A stretch of 64,000 bases of DNA from an uncultured candidate division Zixibacteria bacterium (lineage in GTDB: Bacteria > Zixibacteria > MSB-5A5 > GN15 > PGXB01), in the NCBI GenBank assembly GCA_963702205.1, contig OY969724.1, positions 672,001-736,000 on the forward strand, read 5' to 3'. Shown here in pieces: positions 22,877 through 31,871 of this stretch. Each line of letters begins with the position of its first letter. Position 1 is the stretch's first letter. The notes under the pieces are model-generated. The model saw nothing but the letters and a program-made list of their open reading frames with translations, did not search any database and was not told where the DNA came from. Made by a program: the position numbers and the translations under genes.

Positions 22877-23077
22877 TCACTTCGACGACGATACGTAAGT
22901 CGTGCTCCCCTCAGCGTGATACTCCACTTTGCCTTCGCGCGCCAGCCAGCCTAGCGCCTGATAGGCCAAAGCTTCATTTTCTTTCAACATCTTTGGTACC
23001 TGGGAGAGCGCTACCTTATCGTTCTTCTGCAGTAGTCTCCAGACTTTCCCTGCTGACGTTCCGATTGCTTCCTTCAT
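22877..23077 (-). CDS. Small winged-helix protein (DUF2582-like)
   Basis: IGTSAGKVWRLL...ALGWLAREGKV signature. Confidence 0.85.
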   Translation of the reverse strand: MKEAIGTSAGKVWRLLQKNDKVALSQVPKMLKENEALAYQALGWLAREGKVEYHAEGSTTYVSSSK

Positions 23078-23144
23078 GTGATTCTCCTAAAAGCGTTAGT
23101 TTCAGCTACGAGAAGCATACGACCGCGATGATATTCTGCCTTGG

Positions 23145-24096
23145 TTACTGAGCAGGCATCCTGTTCGCGCCTGGCCGTCCTTCGTCGATAACATTTAGCT
23201 GGACACCACTCATCTTGACCCGCTCTGGTCTTCCCCAGTCGCTCCAGTGCACATTGTTGAGTTGATACATCGCCAGGTGATGCGGTACGTTACTGTAGAA
23301 CGTCCTTTGAAAAGTCACTTGGCGAAATATATTGAGACAGACATTCCCCAGATGTTTTCTCTTGATAGCTATCAATGGTTTGCTGGTAACGATAGAACAC
23401 ATCTATGGTTTTGGAGATGCAGGTTGCTGCAATGTCGAAGAAGGCCTGCACTGTACCTATAATTATGAACGTGCTCCAAAGACCGCCGGCCTTTTGGATA
23501 CTACTGATTTCCCTTGCAGGTGGCTTTTCCCTGAAGCCTATCACAGAGCTCAACAGATTCCCTCCATAATTGGCAATAGTGGCTCCAGGTAAGACGTACC
23601 CGTAATCCGATTCCATTCTGTCGGGTGTCGCTCCAATCAGTACCAGTTTGTCAGGGATAAGAGCACTCAACTCGATAGCACCCTGGATTGATTCGATGAA
23701 AGTAGCTTCCGGCTCAACAAAGTGATCGGAGGGGAATATCACCACGCGGGCACCGGGATCACACCGCATGATATGGCTGAGAGCGAAGTAAATGGCTCCG
23801 GCAGTTCCCCGATCGGCAGGTTGCACCAACAAGTCAACATGCCGCCTTCCGATCTGTATTTTCGATATCTGTTCAAAATCACGGACTGTTACCGCGACTA
23901 TTTTGCCATCTGGCGCGATTCGTCGAGCCCTATCCAGAGTCGACTGGAACATTGATTTCTCGCCGTGCAGAACGCAGAATTGCTTGGGCTCTGAGACGCC
24001 AAATGAAGCATTGATCCAGGCACGCATCCGGGTACCATCTCCGCCTGCCAAAACTACTGACCAGAGGCCTCCCTGATTTTCAGTGTTTTTAGTCAT
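23145..24096 (-). pseudogene. Sugar-phosphate nucleotidyltransferase (mannose-1-P guanylyltransferase-like), frameshifted near the 3' end
   Basis: LAGGDGTR, PKQF, DRGTA, FPSDH and DYGY motifs; an extra base near 23292 separates DFSKDVLQ from NVPHHLA...WSDWGRPERV. Confidence 0.75.
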
Positions 24097-24301
24097 GGAT
24101 ATATGTCACTCCGTTTTAATCCTTCGTCTTGATTGCCATTGATCTCTTCCATACTGTTGAGAGTTAGGCTAACAAATTACGGAGGAGGAGAACTTAGTCC
24201 TATCCTTATTATCTGCTAGCGTATAACCGACACACGGTCGGAATCGAATCAGCCTGAAGGGCTTTCCGTTTCCCTTCAAGCCAATCGACATAGACTGTAC
24301 C

Positions 24302-24547
24302 TTACTTCTTGGCAGGAGCCGGCTTCCTATAATCTTCATAGGCCTTGCCGAATTTCGCGTCATGGTGCGTGAGCTTCTCGATAACGTGTTTCCGCACTTC
24401 CGAGGTTTTCATGCCTTCTCTGTGCTTGACGCCTTCGGAGATGCTGCGTGCTGTCTTCTCGTCGGCACCCGCACTCCTCATTGATTTTTCAATCTTCTTG
24501 TTCGAGAACTCTTCCTGCTTCTCTGAACGCTTCTTGATATTCATCAT
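24302..24547 (-). CDS. Stand-alone ATP-cone-like protein
   Basis: IKKRSEKQEEFSNKKIEKSMRSAG...TSEVRKHV...KAYEDYR; AGGAG RBS. Confidence 0.7.
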   Translation of the reverse strand: MMNIKKRSEKQEEFSNKKIEKSMRSAGADEKTARSISEGVKHREGMKTSEVRKHVIEKLTHHDAKFGKAYEDYRKPAPAKK

Positions 24548-24742
24548 AGTACATACTCCTTGTATAAGGTTATTAAGTGGTTCCTGTTTTCTTCTGATTT
24601 GCACCGGTGGCTGACCTGTTTTCGCGTCGTTTGCGGCGCGTTGTGTTAGTGAGCCATCCATGGGTCATGCGATACGACCTCTACTTGTTGCAGTACAGAT
24701 CGGTTTACTACATCTACAAGTACGTTCTTTTAGTTACAAACG

Positions 24743-24774
24743 TCAATCGGCCAAAGGAGTGGTTTTGGATCTAG
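24743..24774 (-). promoter_or_regulatory. Conserved upstream motif, copy 2
   Basis: Minus strand CTAGATCCAAAACCACTCCTTTGGCCGATTGA. Confidence 0.6.
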
Positions 24775-25557
24775 CTCGTATGATGGATAGATCGAGATCT
24801 CAAATGACCCAGAGCACTCGGATTTATGATTTGAGGGAGATGCAGGTTCAGGCACTCATTCCGTTTTCCTTGACGATCAGAGTGTAGCCGCCTTGTAACT
24901 TACCGCGTGGCTGCTTGATTGACCGCGACGCCTGCTTATTAAGGGGCATTACCATAAAACAGAAATTATATGCATCATCGTCGCGTGGTCTATTGTCCAA
25001 ACTCACGCTGTCAACCTTGCCATACGCTTCGAATGTCTTGCGGGGCTGCGATGCCGAGGTGTTGGACGATAAATTGCCTGCCTGGATAATAATACCATTC
25101 TCTCTTTGTTAGGGCAGTAGCCATCAGTGCAATATAACTTACCTGCAAAAGTCAAGCTCGGCGGCAAGCAAACTGGGGTGACACTTCATCGCATAACAAA
25201 TTCGATCGGTGAAGAAGTGGTATTGTGCTTTTCCTATTGCGACCATTCTTCGAGAAGCGCAAACTCAGTATTACCGTAGCGATTTTCGATAATCTCGCAG
25301 GGCAAGCACCCGTTTTCGAAGTGAATTAAACTGACCAATTCAAGCAGACGCAGTCGAATTTCGCCCGCTTTCTCGGGAAGACCTCGTATCCTTATAAGCA
25401 AAAAAGGTTGTGCTGCAGGCCTTTCAATATTGCAGAAGGGCATGTGGCGCATCCAATTCTGTGTCGGCGAGACGATAGATTTTGCTTGACATGGTTTAGC
25501 CTAATTTTTTAATTTTGTGGTGAGCCTATTGCCGACTGGATCTCAAAGGAACTAGAC

Positions 25558-26238
25558 ATGTCGAAAATCAGAGTCCTATTAATAGAGGATAATCGCCTTT
25601 TGCGCGAAGGTATCACGGCGATGCTGAACGAACAGCCGGATATCCGGGCTGTGTCGACAACGGGCAATGGTGATGCCTTTGAAAAAGCTAAAAAAATACA
25701 GCCGCAGGTGGTCCTCCTTGATCTAGGCCTGAGAAGTCAGAACAGCCTACGAATCGCAGAGATCATAAAGAAGGAATTCCCCAAGACCGAAATTGTGGTG
25801 ATGGATCTTATTCCTACGCAGACCGAAGTCGCCGAGTTTGTCCAGGTGGGTGTTGCCGGTTTTATCTTAAAGGATGCGACGATCGACGATTTCCTTCATA
25901 CAATCCGATCGGTCGCCGAAGGCAAGAAAGTCCTCCCACCTTCCCTGACCGATACGCTTTTTTCACATATAGTGGAGTACGCAGTCAAGAGCGGAAAGGC
26001 TGACCGATTAATGAAAGCGGTCAGGTTAACCAGGCGAGAACATGAAGTGGTCGATCTAATCGCGAGAGGGATGAGCAACAAAGAAATCGCCAACGAACTT
26101 CATATTGCCGTTCATACAGTCAAGAGTCATGTTCACAACACTCTTGAAAAGCTGGCTCTCCATACCAGGCTGGAAATAGCCTCCTTCGCCCTCACCGAAG
26201 GAATGGTGAGAAAATCTTCAGACCCCGACTCCGTGTAA
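25558..26238 (+). CDS. NarL/LuxR-family response regulator (no cognate kinase in the window)
   Basis: REC domain (IEDN, VLLDL, GFILKD) plus LuxR HTH (LTRREHEV...GMSNKEIA..L.I...TVKSHV..L.KL). Confidence 0.92.
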   Translation: MSKIRVLLIEDNRLLREGITAMLNEQPDIRAVSTTGNGDAFEKAKKIQPQVVLLDLGLRSQNSLRIAEIIKKEFPKTEIVVMDLIPTQTEVAEFVQVGVAGFILKDATIDDFLHTIRSVAEGKKVLPPSLTDTLFSHIVEYAVKSGKADRLMKAVRLTRREHEVVDLIARGMSNKEIANELHIAVHTVKSHVHNTLEKLALHTRLEIASFALTEGMVRKSSDPDSV

Positions 26239-26260
26239 TCAATTATCCTCTAAGTCATTG

Positions 26261-26298
26261 GGACTAGCTCCCTTTTCAATCGTTTGGCCGATTGTCAG
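26261..26298 (+). promoter_or_regulatory. Conserved upstream motif, copy 3
   Basis: GGACTAGCTCCCTTTTCAATCGTTTGGCCGATTGTCAG. Confidence 0.7.
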
Positions 26299-26359
26299 AA
26301 TAAATATATCAGTTATCTTTAACATGAGTCAGTCTCACAATTTTACCTGGAGTACAGAT

Positions 26360-26773
26360 ATGAAGATTCGCACGTTTTTGATAGTGATTGGATTGATTGC
26401 AATTACTGCATTCGTTGCTCTTAACTGGAGTGCGATCATGACAACGACGACCCTGTCCCTGGGAGTTGCCTCCGTTCAGGCGCCGCTCGGATTCCTGATG
26501 CTAGCGCTGTTGTCCCTGTTCTCATTGTTGTTCCTTGTCTTTTTTATCTACTCAAAGACTTCGGGATTTTTCAAAGAACGGCAACATTCGAAAGAAATGC
26601 AGGCCACGCAGGAACTGGCTGACAATTCCGAAACCTCGCGGTTTACCGAATTACGCGAGTTACTGGGTGCAGGACTGAAGAAGCAGTCGGAGCTATACGC
26701 GGAATCGACGGCGACAGTGCTGGCAAAACTGGAGCAACTTGATATTAATCTCCGCTCTGCAATTAGGGCATAG
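26360..26773 (+). CDS. LapA-like two-TM membrane protein
   Basis: Two hydrophobic helices around ALNW...LSLG...APLG, then a coiled tail with SETSRFTELR. Confidence 0.7.
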   Translation: MKIRTFLIVIGLIAITAFVALNWSAIMTTTTLSLGVASVQAPLGFLMLALLSLFSLLFLVFFIYSKTSGFFKERQHSKEMQATQELADNSETSRFTELRELLGAGLKKQSELYAESTATVLAKLEQLDINLRSAIRA

Positions 26774-26833
26774 CGGTACTCGCTCAAACCAAATGCGAAT
26801 ATGAGTTATTCAAAAAGAAAGGAATATACTACT

Positions 26834-27121
26834 ATGAGTAAGAAAGCAGAGTACGAAAAGAAACTGCAGACACAGCTTGACGATTTCAGTGCCGAGATAG
26901 AGAAGCTTAAGTCAAGAGCCGACAAGACCGAAGGCGACGCAGAACCGTGGCATCACAAACAGATCGAAGTGTTGCAGGAGAAGCACAAACAAGCCAAAGA
27001 AAAACTTGGTGAACTCAGAGACGCCGGAGACGATGCGTGGGAAGATATGAAGGAAGGCATTTCTTCAGCGTGGGATTCAGTCAGCGTGGCCCTTAAATCG
27101 GCCGCGAAAAGGTTTGAATAG
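26834..27121 (+). CDS. Small coiled-coil stress protein (Sll1863-like), paralog of 19808
   Basis: MSKKAEYEKK...DDAWEDMKEGISSAWDS...AKRFE; same length (95 aa) as the paralog. Confidence 0.8.
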   Translation: MSKKAEYEKKLQTQLDDFSAEIEKLKSRADKTEGDAEPWHHKQIEVLQEKHKQAKEKLGELRDAGDDAWEDMKEGISSAWDSVSVALKSAAKRFE

Positions 27122-27608
27122 CCTTCCTGTTCGCGGAGATGATGATGAGTCAAGTCACAGGAACAACACGACCTCGTTTGATAATGATACTGCTATCTCA
27201 TGAAGAGTCCACGTATGTCGATATCGCCACATTAACGACCTCCGAAAGGACCATATCAAGATGATCATTGGCAAGCTTCGCAGGTTGATTCCGCACTATC
27301 TCATACAGCATGCTGACCGTTTCGTGACAGCCACGGACAGTTCATTGCATTGCATCTGCACACGGCCTCACCAAGTGAAGAGAAGATACTCAGCTCATTG
27401 AAGCGTTTCTACCCGGTCACTAATGAGGTTGTCACCGATGCTGCTGTTGATTATTGGGAAAACGAGGGCGGCGCGTTGGCTTGCCAAGGTCGAGAGTGCC
27501 TACCTATTGCAGACTGTCTATCGGCGTAATCGATTCAGTTGCCAAAGCCCCGATACGCACTATGTGGATGTATGTGAATGGTACAAACTAAGACAGAAAG
27601 TCAGCAAT

Positions 27609-28289
27609 ATGATCTCGTTCAAGAAGAACCTTACTGCGGGCCTCCTAGCAGCAGTACCACTCTGGGTAACCTGGCTCGTAATAGCGTTTCTTCTGGGTCT
27701 CGCTATCGATCTTGCTGGACCTTTGACTCGATGGCTTGTCTCCATCATTCGTACCAGTTTCCCAAGCGCAGCTGACGCTTTGGGTTCAGATCTATCTCTG
27801 CATACCATATCTGTGTTGCTGCTTCTCGTCATTCTATACTGCCTTGGATGGTTAGCTACGCACGTGGTTGGTCGCCAGTTCATGAGGGCCATAGATTACA
27901 TTTTGAAGAAGATTCCGCTTGCGGGGAAGATATATGCGGGAACAAAGCAGGTTGTCGCAGCTCTTCAAGCCACACCTAACCAATCCAAACAAGTCGTCTT
28001 GATTGAGTACCCTCATCCCGGAATGAAGACAGTCGGGCTGGTAACAAAGAGGTTGACTGATAGCTCATCAGGCAAGCCCTTGCTGGCAGTGTACGTACCA
28101 ACGACACCGAACCCAACGTCCGGGTTTCTTGAGATAGTACCAGAAGCACACGTGACACCAACGGATTGGTCAGTTAATGATGCAATTGCATTTATTATGT
28201 CAGGTGGATCGGTGGGTCCACAGGAAGTGGACTTCTCATCACATGCGACGATAGGCGAGATGGAAAGGCGCGAATTCGAAGATGAATAG
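27609..28289 (+). CDS. DUF502 family membrane protein
   Basis: KIPL.G.IY...KQ, VLIEYP and VYVPTTPNPTSGF motifs. Confidence 0.88.
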   Translation: MISFKKNLTAGLLAAVPLWVTWLVIAFLLGLAIDLAGPLTRWLVSIIRTSFPSAADALGSDLSLHTISVLLLLVILYCLGWLATHVVGRQFMRAIDYILKKIPLAGKIYAGTKQVVAALQATPNQSKQVVLIEYPHPGMKTVGLVTKRLTDSSSGKPLLAVYVPTTPNPTSGFLEIVPEAHVTPTDWSVNDAIAFIMSGGSVGPQEVDFSSHATIGEMERREFEDE

Positions 28290-28462
28290 CATTAGTAACT
28301 TACTGGCTACGGTACATACAGGTATGTGGAGGCGTCAATCCTCCAGGGTGTTTTGGTTTACGTGTATGCTGGTACTTGACACGGGGGGCGTCAGATCGTC
28401 TCGCAAGATGCTATCGCAGCCTTCGCTCGGCTATTCAGGGTCCCGAGGGAGGTCAGTCGACT

Positions 28463-29356
28463 ATGATTAGCCAGCCTGCATTGGGTCTTTTTGATTTGCT
28501 GGATGTCGCATTGGTTAGCGTCCTTCTATACGGCGTGTATTCAATGGTGAGCAGGACAAGGGCCACCAGAATACTGGCTGGCTTGGGGGCGGTAGGAGTC
28601 ATGTATCTTGTTGCCCGTTATCTTGATCTCCGCCTGACGGTTGCTATCCTGCAGGCGTTCTTCGCTGTGATCATTATTGCCTTGCTTGTAATCTTTCAGG
28701 ACGAGACGAGACGCTTGTTTGAGCGGATTGGTGACCAGCGATGGCTCAGTAAGCGGGGATATTGGGGTACAGCCGGCATTACTTCTATCGAGAAACGTAT
28801 CCATACTCTAGTAGATACCTCTTTTGATCTGGCTAAACAGCGAATCGGTGCATTGATTGTAATCGAGGGAGACGACAATATAGGGTTGTTACTGTCCGGA
28901 GGTATTAAACTGAACGGTATCCTTAGCGAATCTATCGTCAGGAGCATTTTCGATTCTCATTCTCCGGGTCACGACGGTGCGGTAATAGTCTCGGGGGATA
29001 TGATCTCTCGGTTCGCTTGCCACTTACCCATTTCAGCTGAATCATCGAAGCTAGCAGGCTTCGGAACACGACATGCCGCAGGACTCGGCATCACGGAACG
29101 CAGCGATGCTCTTAGTCTTATTGTATCCGAAGAGCTGGGTTCAGTGACTGTTGCAAGAGGCGGCCAGTTACAGGTGTCTGCAAATCCGGCCGCTTTAGCG
29201 GGCTCATTGCGAGAGTTCTTTGAATCGACAAGTCGTGAAACAGGCGTTGGACAGACTAAGAATCTAATCACGCGTAACTTGCTGCCGAAATTGATATCTG
29301 TCGCGGTTGCGATAGTCCTTTGGATTCTTGTTGTTCTAATTCCGTCAGCTGATTGA
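28463..29356 (+). CDS. CdaA-like diadenylate cyclase (DisA_N/DAC domain)
   Basis: Three N-terminal TMs, IFQDE.R, GALIV, HDGA, GTRHAA and VSEE.G motifs; extra C-terminal TM. Confidence 0.85.
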   Translation: MISQPALGLFDLLDVALVSVLLYGVYSMVSRTRATRILAGLGAVGVMYLVARYLDLRLTVAILQAFFAVIIIALLVIFQDETRRLFERIGDQRWLSKRGYWGTAGITSIEKRIHTLVDTSFDLAKQRIGALIVIEGDDNIGLLLSGGIKLNGILSESIVRSIFDSHSPGHDGAVIVSGDMISRFACHLPISAESSKLAGFGTRHAAGLGITERSDALSLIVSEELGSVTVARGGQLQVSANPAALAGSLREFFESTSRETGVGQTKNLITRNLLPKLISVAVAIVLWILVVLIPSAD

Positions 29357-29376
29357 GTTGGAGGGACCAAGGCCTA

Positions 29377-30711
29377 ATGAGGGATTTGCCATCAGATGTG
29401 CGACCGATCAACAGGCTTAGCGGTCCTTTACTGCGCTTTCTGCACGTTGAGGCTGCGAGCGGATTGGTCCTTATTCTCGCGACCGTTTTGGCTTTAGTCG
29501 CTGCGAACACGTCCTTCAGGGACTCCTATACGCAATTCTGGAACCTGGATCTCACTCTGGGCATTGGGGAATGGGCGCTTTCTTATCCGTTATGGTACTG
29601 GGTCAATGACGGTCTCATGACGGTATTTTTCTTCCTGGTCGGTCTGGAAATCAAGAGGGAAATCGTATCTGGCGAGCTGAGGGAAGTCCGTAGATTAGTC
29701 TCGCCCGTGGTGGCTGCGCTAGGAGGCGCAGCTGTTCCAGCTGCAATCTATCTCTTCTTACTCGGTGATCAGCCGGGGGAGCACGGGTGGGCAATCCCTA
29801 TGGCTACAGACATAGCATTCGTTGTTGGCGCCCTTGTACTGCTGGGAAATCGAATCCCTCACGGGCTCAAAGTGTTCCTGCTGACTCTTGCGATAGTTGA
29901 TGACATCATAGCGGTTATAGTGATTGCGATCTTCTATTCAAACCAATTCAGCGTGATATGGTTAGCAGGCGCTATACTTGGACTGGCGGTCGTTGTGATC
30001 TTAAATAGAATCGGGGTGAGGACAGTCGTTGGGTATCTGGTCGTCGGCGCCGGCGTTTGGTTGTGCACTCTTAAGTCCGGAATTCACCCGACTATCTCGG
30101 GCGTTGCCTTGGGACTCCTTACCCCGGCGATTCCATTGATATCAAGAGCAGAACTTGGAAGAGGTTTGAAGCGAGCGACAGAGGCAATCGGTCTGGAGTC
30201 GACACCCAATGAAAGCGCGAAGTTGCGAGAGGTTATGGACAAAATGGCTTTCGTTACACGTGAATCGATATCTCCTTTGGAGAGATTCGAAGCCGATGTG
30301 CATCCCTGGGCAGCCTTTCTGATAATGCCGATTTTCGCTTTGGCAAACGCTGGTATCCCTTTTTCAGTTAGCGCAATATCATCTCCGATAGCCACCACCG
30401 TTGCTCTCGCTCTATTTCTCGGAAAGCCGGTAGGAATCGTATTGAGTCTCCTTTTGGTCGTGAAGACAAGATTGAGCATCATTCCCGGAGGCAGCAACTG
30501 GAGAGCTATCTTCGGTGCGGGATGTTTAGCCGGAATAGGATTCACGATGTCACTGTTCGTGGCGTCCCTTAGTCTTGATGGACAGCTTCTTGTTCAGGCA
30601 AAGGCCGGCGTTTTGATTGGTTCTGCTTTCTCCGCAGTAATTGGAACGGTGATTCTGGTAACGTCCCTCAAAACAAATGCTGGTCATAAGAAGGGGAAAC
30701 GATCAGTATGA
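29377..30711 (+). CDS. nhaA: Na+/H+ antiporter NhaA
   Basis: WVNDGLM, GLEIKRE, GWAIPMATDIAF, LAIVDD and AGIGFTMSLF motifs. Confidence 0.95.
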   Translation: MRDLPSDVRPINRLSGPLLRFLHVEAASGLVLILATVLALVAANTSFRDSYTQFWNLDLTLGIGEWALSYPLWYWVNDGLMTVFFFLVGLEIKREIVSGELREVRRLVSPVVAALGGAAVPAAIYLFLLGDQPGEHGWAIPMATDIAFVVGALVLLGNRIPHGLKVFLLTLAIVDDIIAVIVIAIFYSNQFSVIWLAGAILGLAVVVILNRIGVRTVVGYLVVGAGVWLCTLKSGIHPTISGVALGLLTPAIPLISRAELGRGLKRATEAIGLESTPNESAKLREVMDKMAFVTRESISPLERFEADVHPWAAFLIMPIFALANAGIPFSVSAISSPIATTVALALFLGKPVGIVLSLLLVVKTRLSIIPGGSNWRAIFGAGCLAGIGFTMSLFVASLSLDGQLLVQAKAGVLIGSAFSAVIGTVILVTSLKTNAGHKKGKRSV

Positions 30712-30809
30712 AGATCTGCAACCGGTTCGCAAACGTGACCCGCCCCCGTATTTCAATTCAGTTCTTATCCTGAATACGTATTGGTGGATCATCATTGCCC
30801 CTATCTCAG

Positions 30810-31025
30810 TGTGACCAAAACGTGACCAAAATGGTTACACGTTATTCGGTGTTATTGGGGGATATTGACTTGCAAACGCGGAGGTGGGGGGTACAATACC
30901 CCCGTCCGACTCGTAATCTATTGGATTATAATGAGTTATCTAAATGGAGGTGGGGGGAATCGAACCCCATACTCGCGTTGTGGCACAAGGACTTACACCC
31001 TATTGTGACCAAATTGTGACCGTTT
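30810..31025 (-). mobile_element. attP-like junction A: tmRNA 3'-end core (30945-30968) with TGTGACC arm repeats on both sides
   Basis: Minus-strand core GGGGTTCGATTCCCCCCACCTCCA; colinear 216-bp copy at 48709, offset 17,899 bp. Confidence 0.85.
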
Positions 31026-31111
31026 TTTCGCGAACTTGCGACTATCCGTATTGCCAGTGACAATGTCCCCACCCCAAGAGAACTGGATAGCAGCCCCCGC
31101 CGCATCTGGTA

Positions 31112-31780
31112 TCAGTTCTTAAGCATTCTGAGGAGAAAGAGATGTTGATTTCCCTGAATTACCGAAAGACGAAGGCCGACTCGAACACACAAATCCGAGA
31201 GTAGAGTCCTGCCTATATGAATCCAGCGGAATCCTGGTCCTTCTTTCTGCTTCCAAACCGGACACAGCCTAGTCGCCACAAACTTCTTTTGGGTCACTCT
31301 TCGCGCTATCACCAACACCTGGCCGTCGTCTTTCAGCAGCTTCGAGAGTTGTCTGAGCAGTCGCCTCGTCCCCTCCACCGAGCCGCCGATTCCGAGGCCG
31401 TTCCCCAGAAGTGTAATTGTGTCGTATTTCTCAGCTGTTAAAAAGGTGAAGATGTCGGCAGCCACGCAAGACTGGCAGCCAGCAATTCGAGCGACTTCTA
31501 TGACTTTTGGAGAAACGTCAATGCCAAGTACTTGTCCGCGATCGGCCAGTAATGGCAAGTAGTTGCCCGTGCCACAACCAACGTCCAGAATGTTGCCATG
31601 AGCCAGAGATATCAGTTTCCGTTCCATACCAGAGAGTTGCCCAGCTGTCCGAAAATATCTGCCTAAATCGACCTTAAACATCCTTCCGGAATTCTCCCTC
31701 AGGTAGAATGGCGACCTGTCTCCCCGTGAATAGGCCAGTAGAGCCTCCCCAAACACTTCCATCGATTGCTTTGCTGTCAT
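31112..31780 (-). CDS. Class I SAM-dependent methyltransferase
   Basis: ILDVGCGTG, GIDVS and YDTITLLGNG motifs. Confidence 0.88.
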   Translation of the reverse strand: MTAKQSMEVFGEALLAYSRGDRSPFYLRENSGRMFKVDLGRYFRTAGQLSGMERKLISLAHGNILDVGCGTGNYLPLLADRGQVLGIDVSPKVIEVARIAGCQSCVAADIFTFLTAEKYDTITLLGNGLGIGGSVEGTRRLLRQLSKLLKDDGQVLVIARRVTQKKFVATRLCPVWKQKEGPGFRWIHIGRTLLSDLCVRVGLRLSVIQGNQHLFLLRMLKN

Positions 31781-31871
31781 TAATCCCTCATAACTTCTAT
31801 GTTTTCACTGCGCCGGTGTGCTCGCAGCAGAGCAAATAGGAACAGTAAGAAAGCTGTCCCTTTCACTTCTG

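Noticed and set aside
30945..30968. Intact tRNA or tmRNA gene
   Set aside because: Only 24 nt of T-arm and acceptor 3' strand are present, with no 5' half.
30795..31019. Similar 74-77 aa plus-strand ORFs at 30795, 48694 and 54370
   Set aside because: They are translations of the att repeat, and similarity in the third copy starts at the crossover heptamer.
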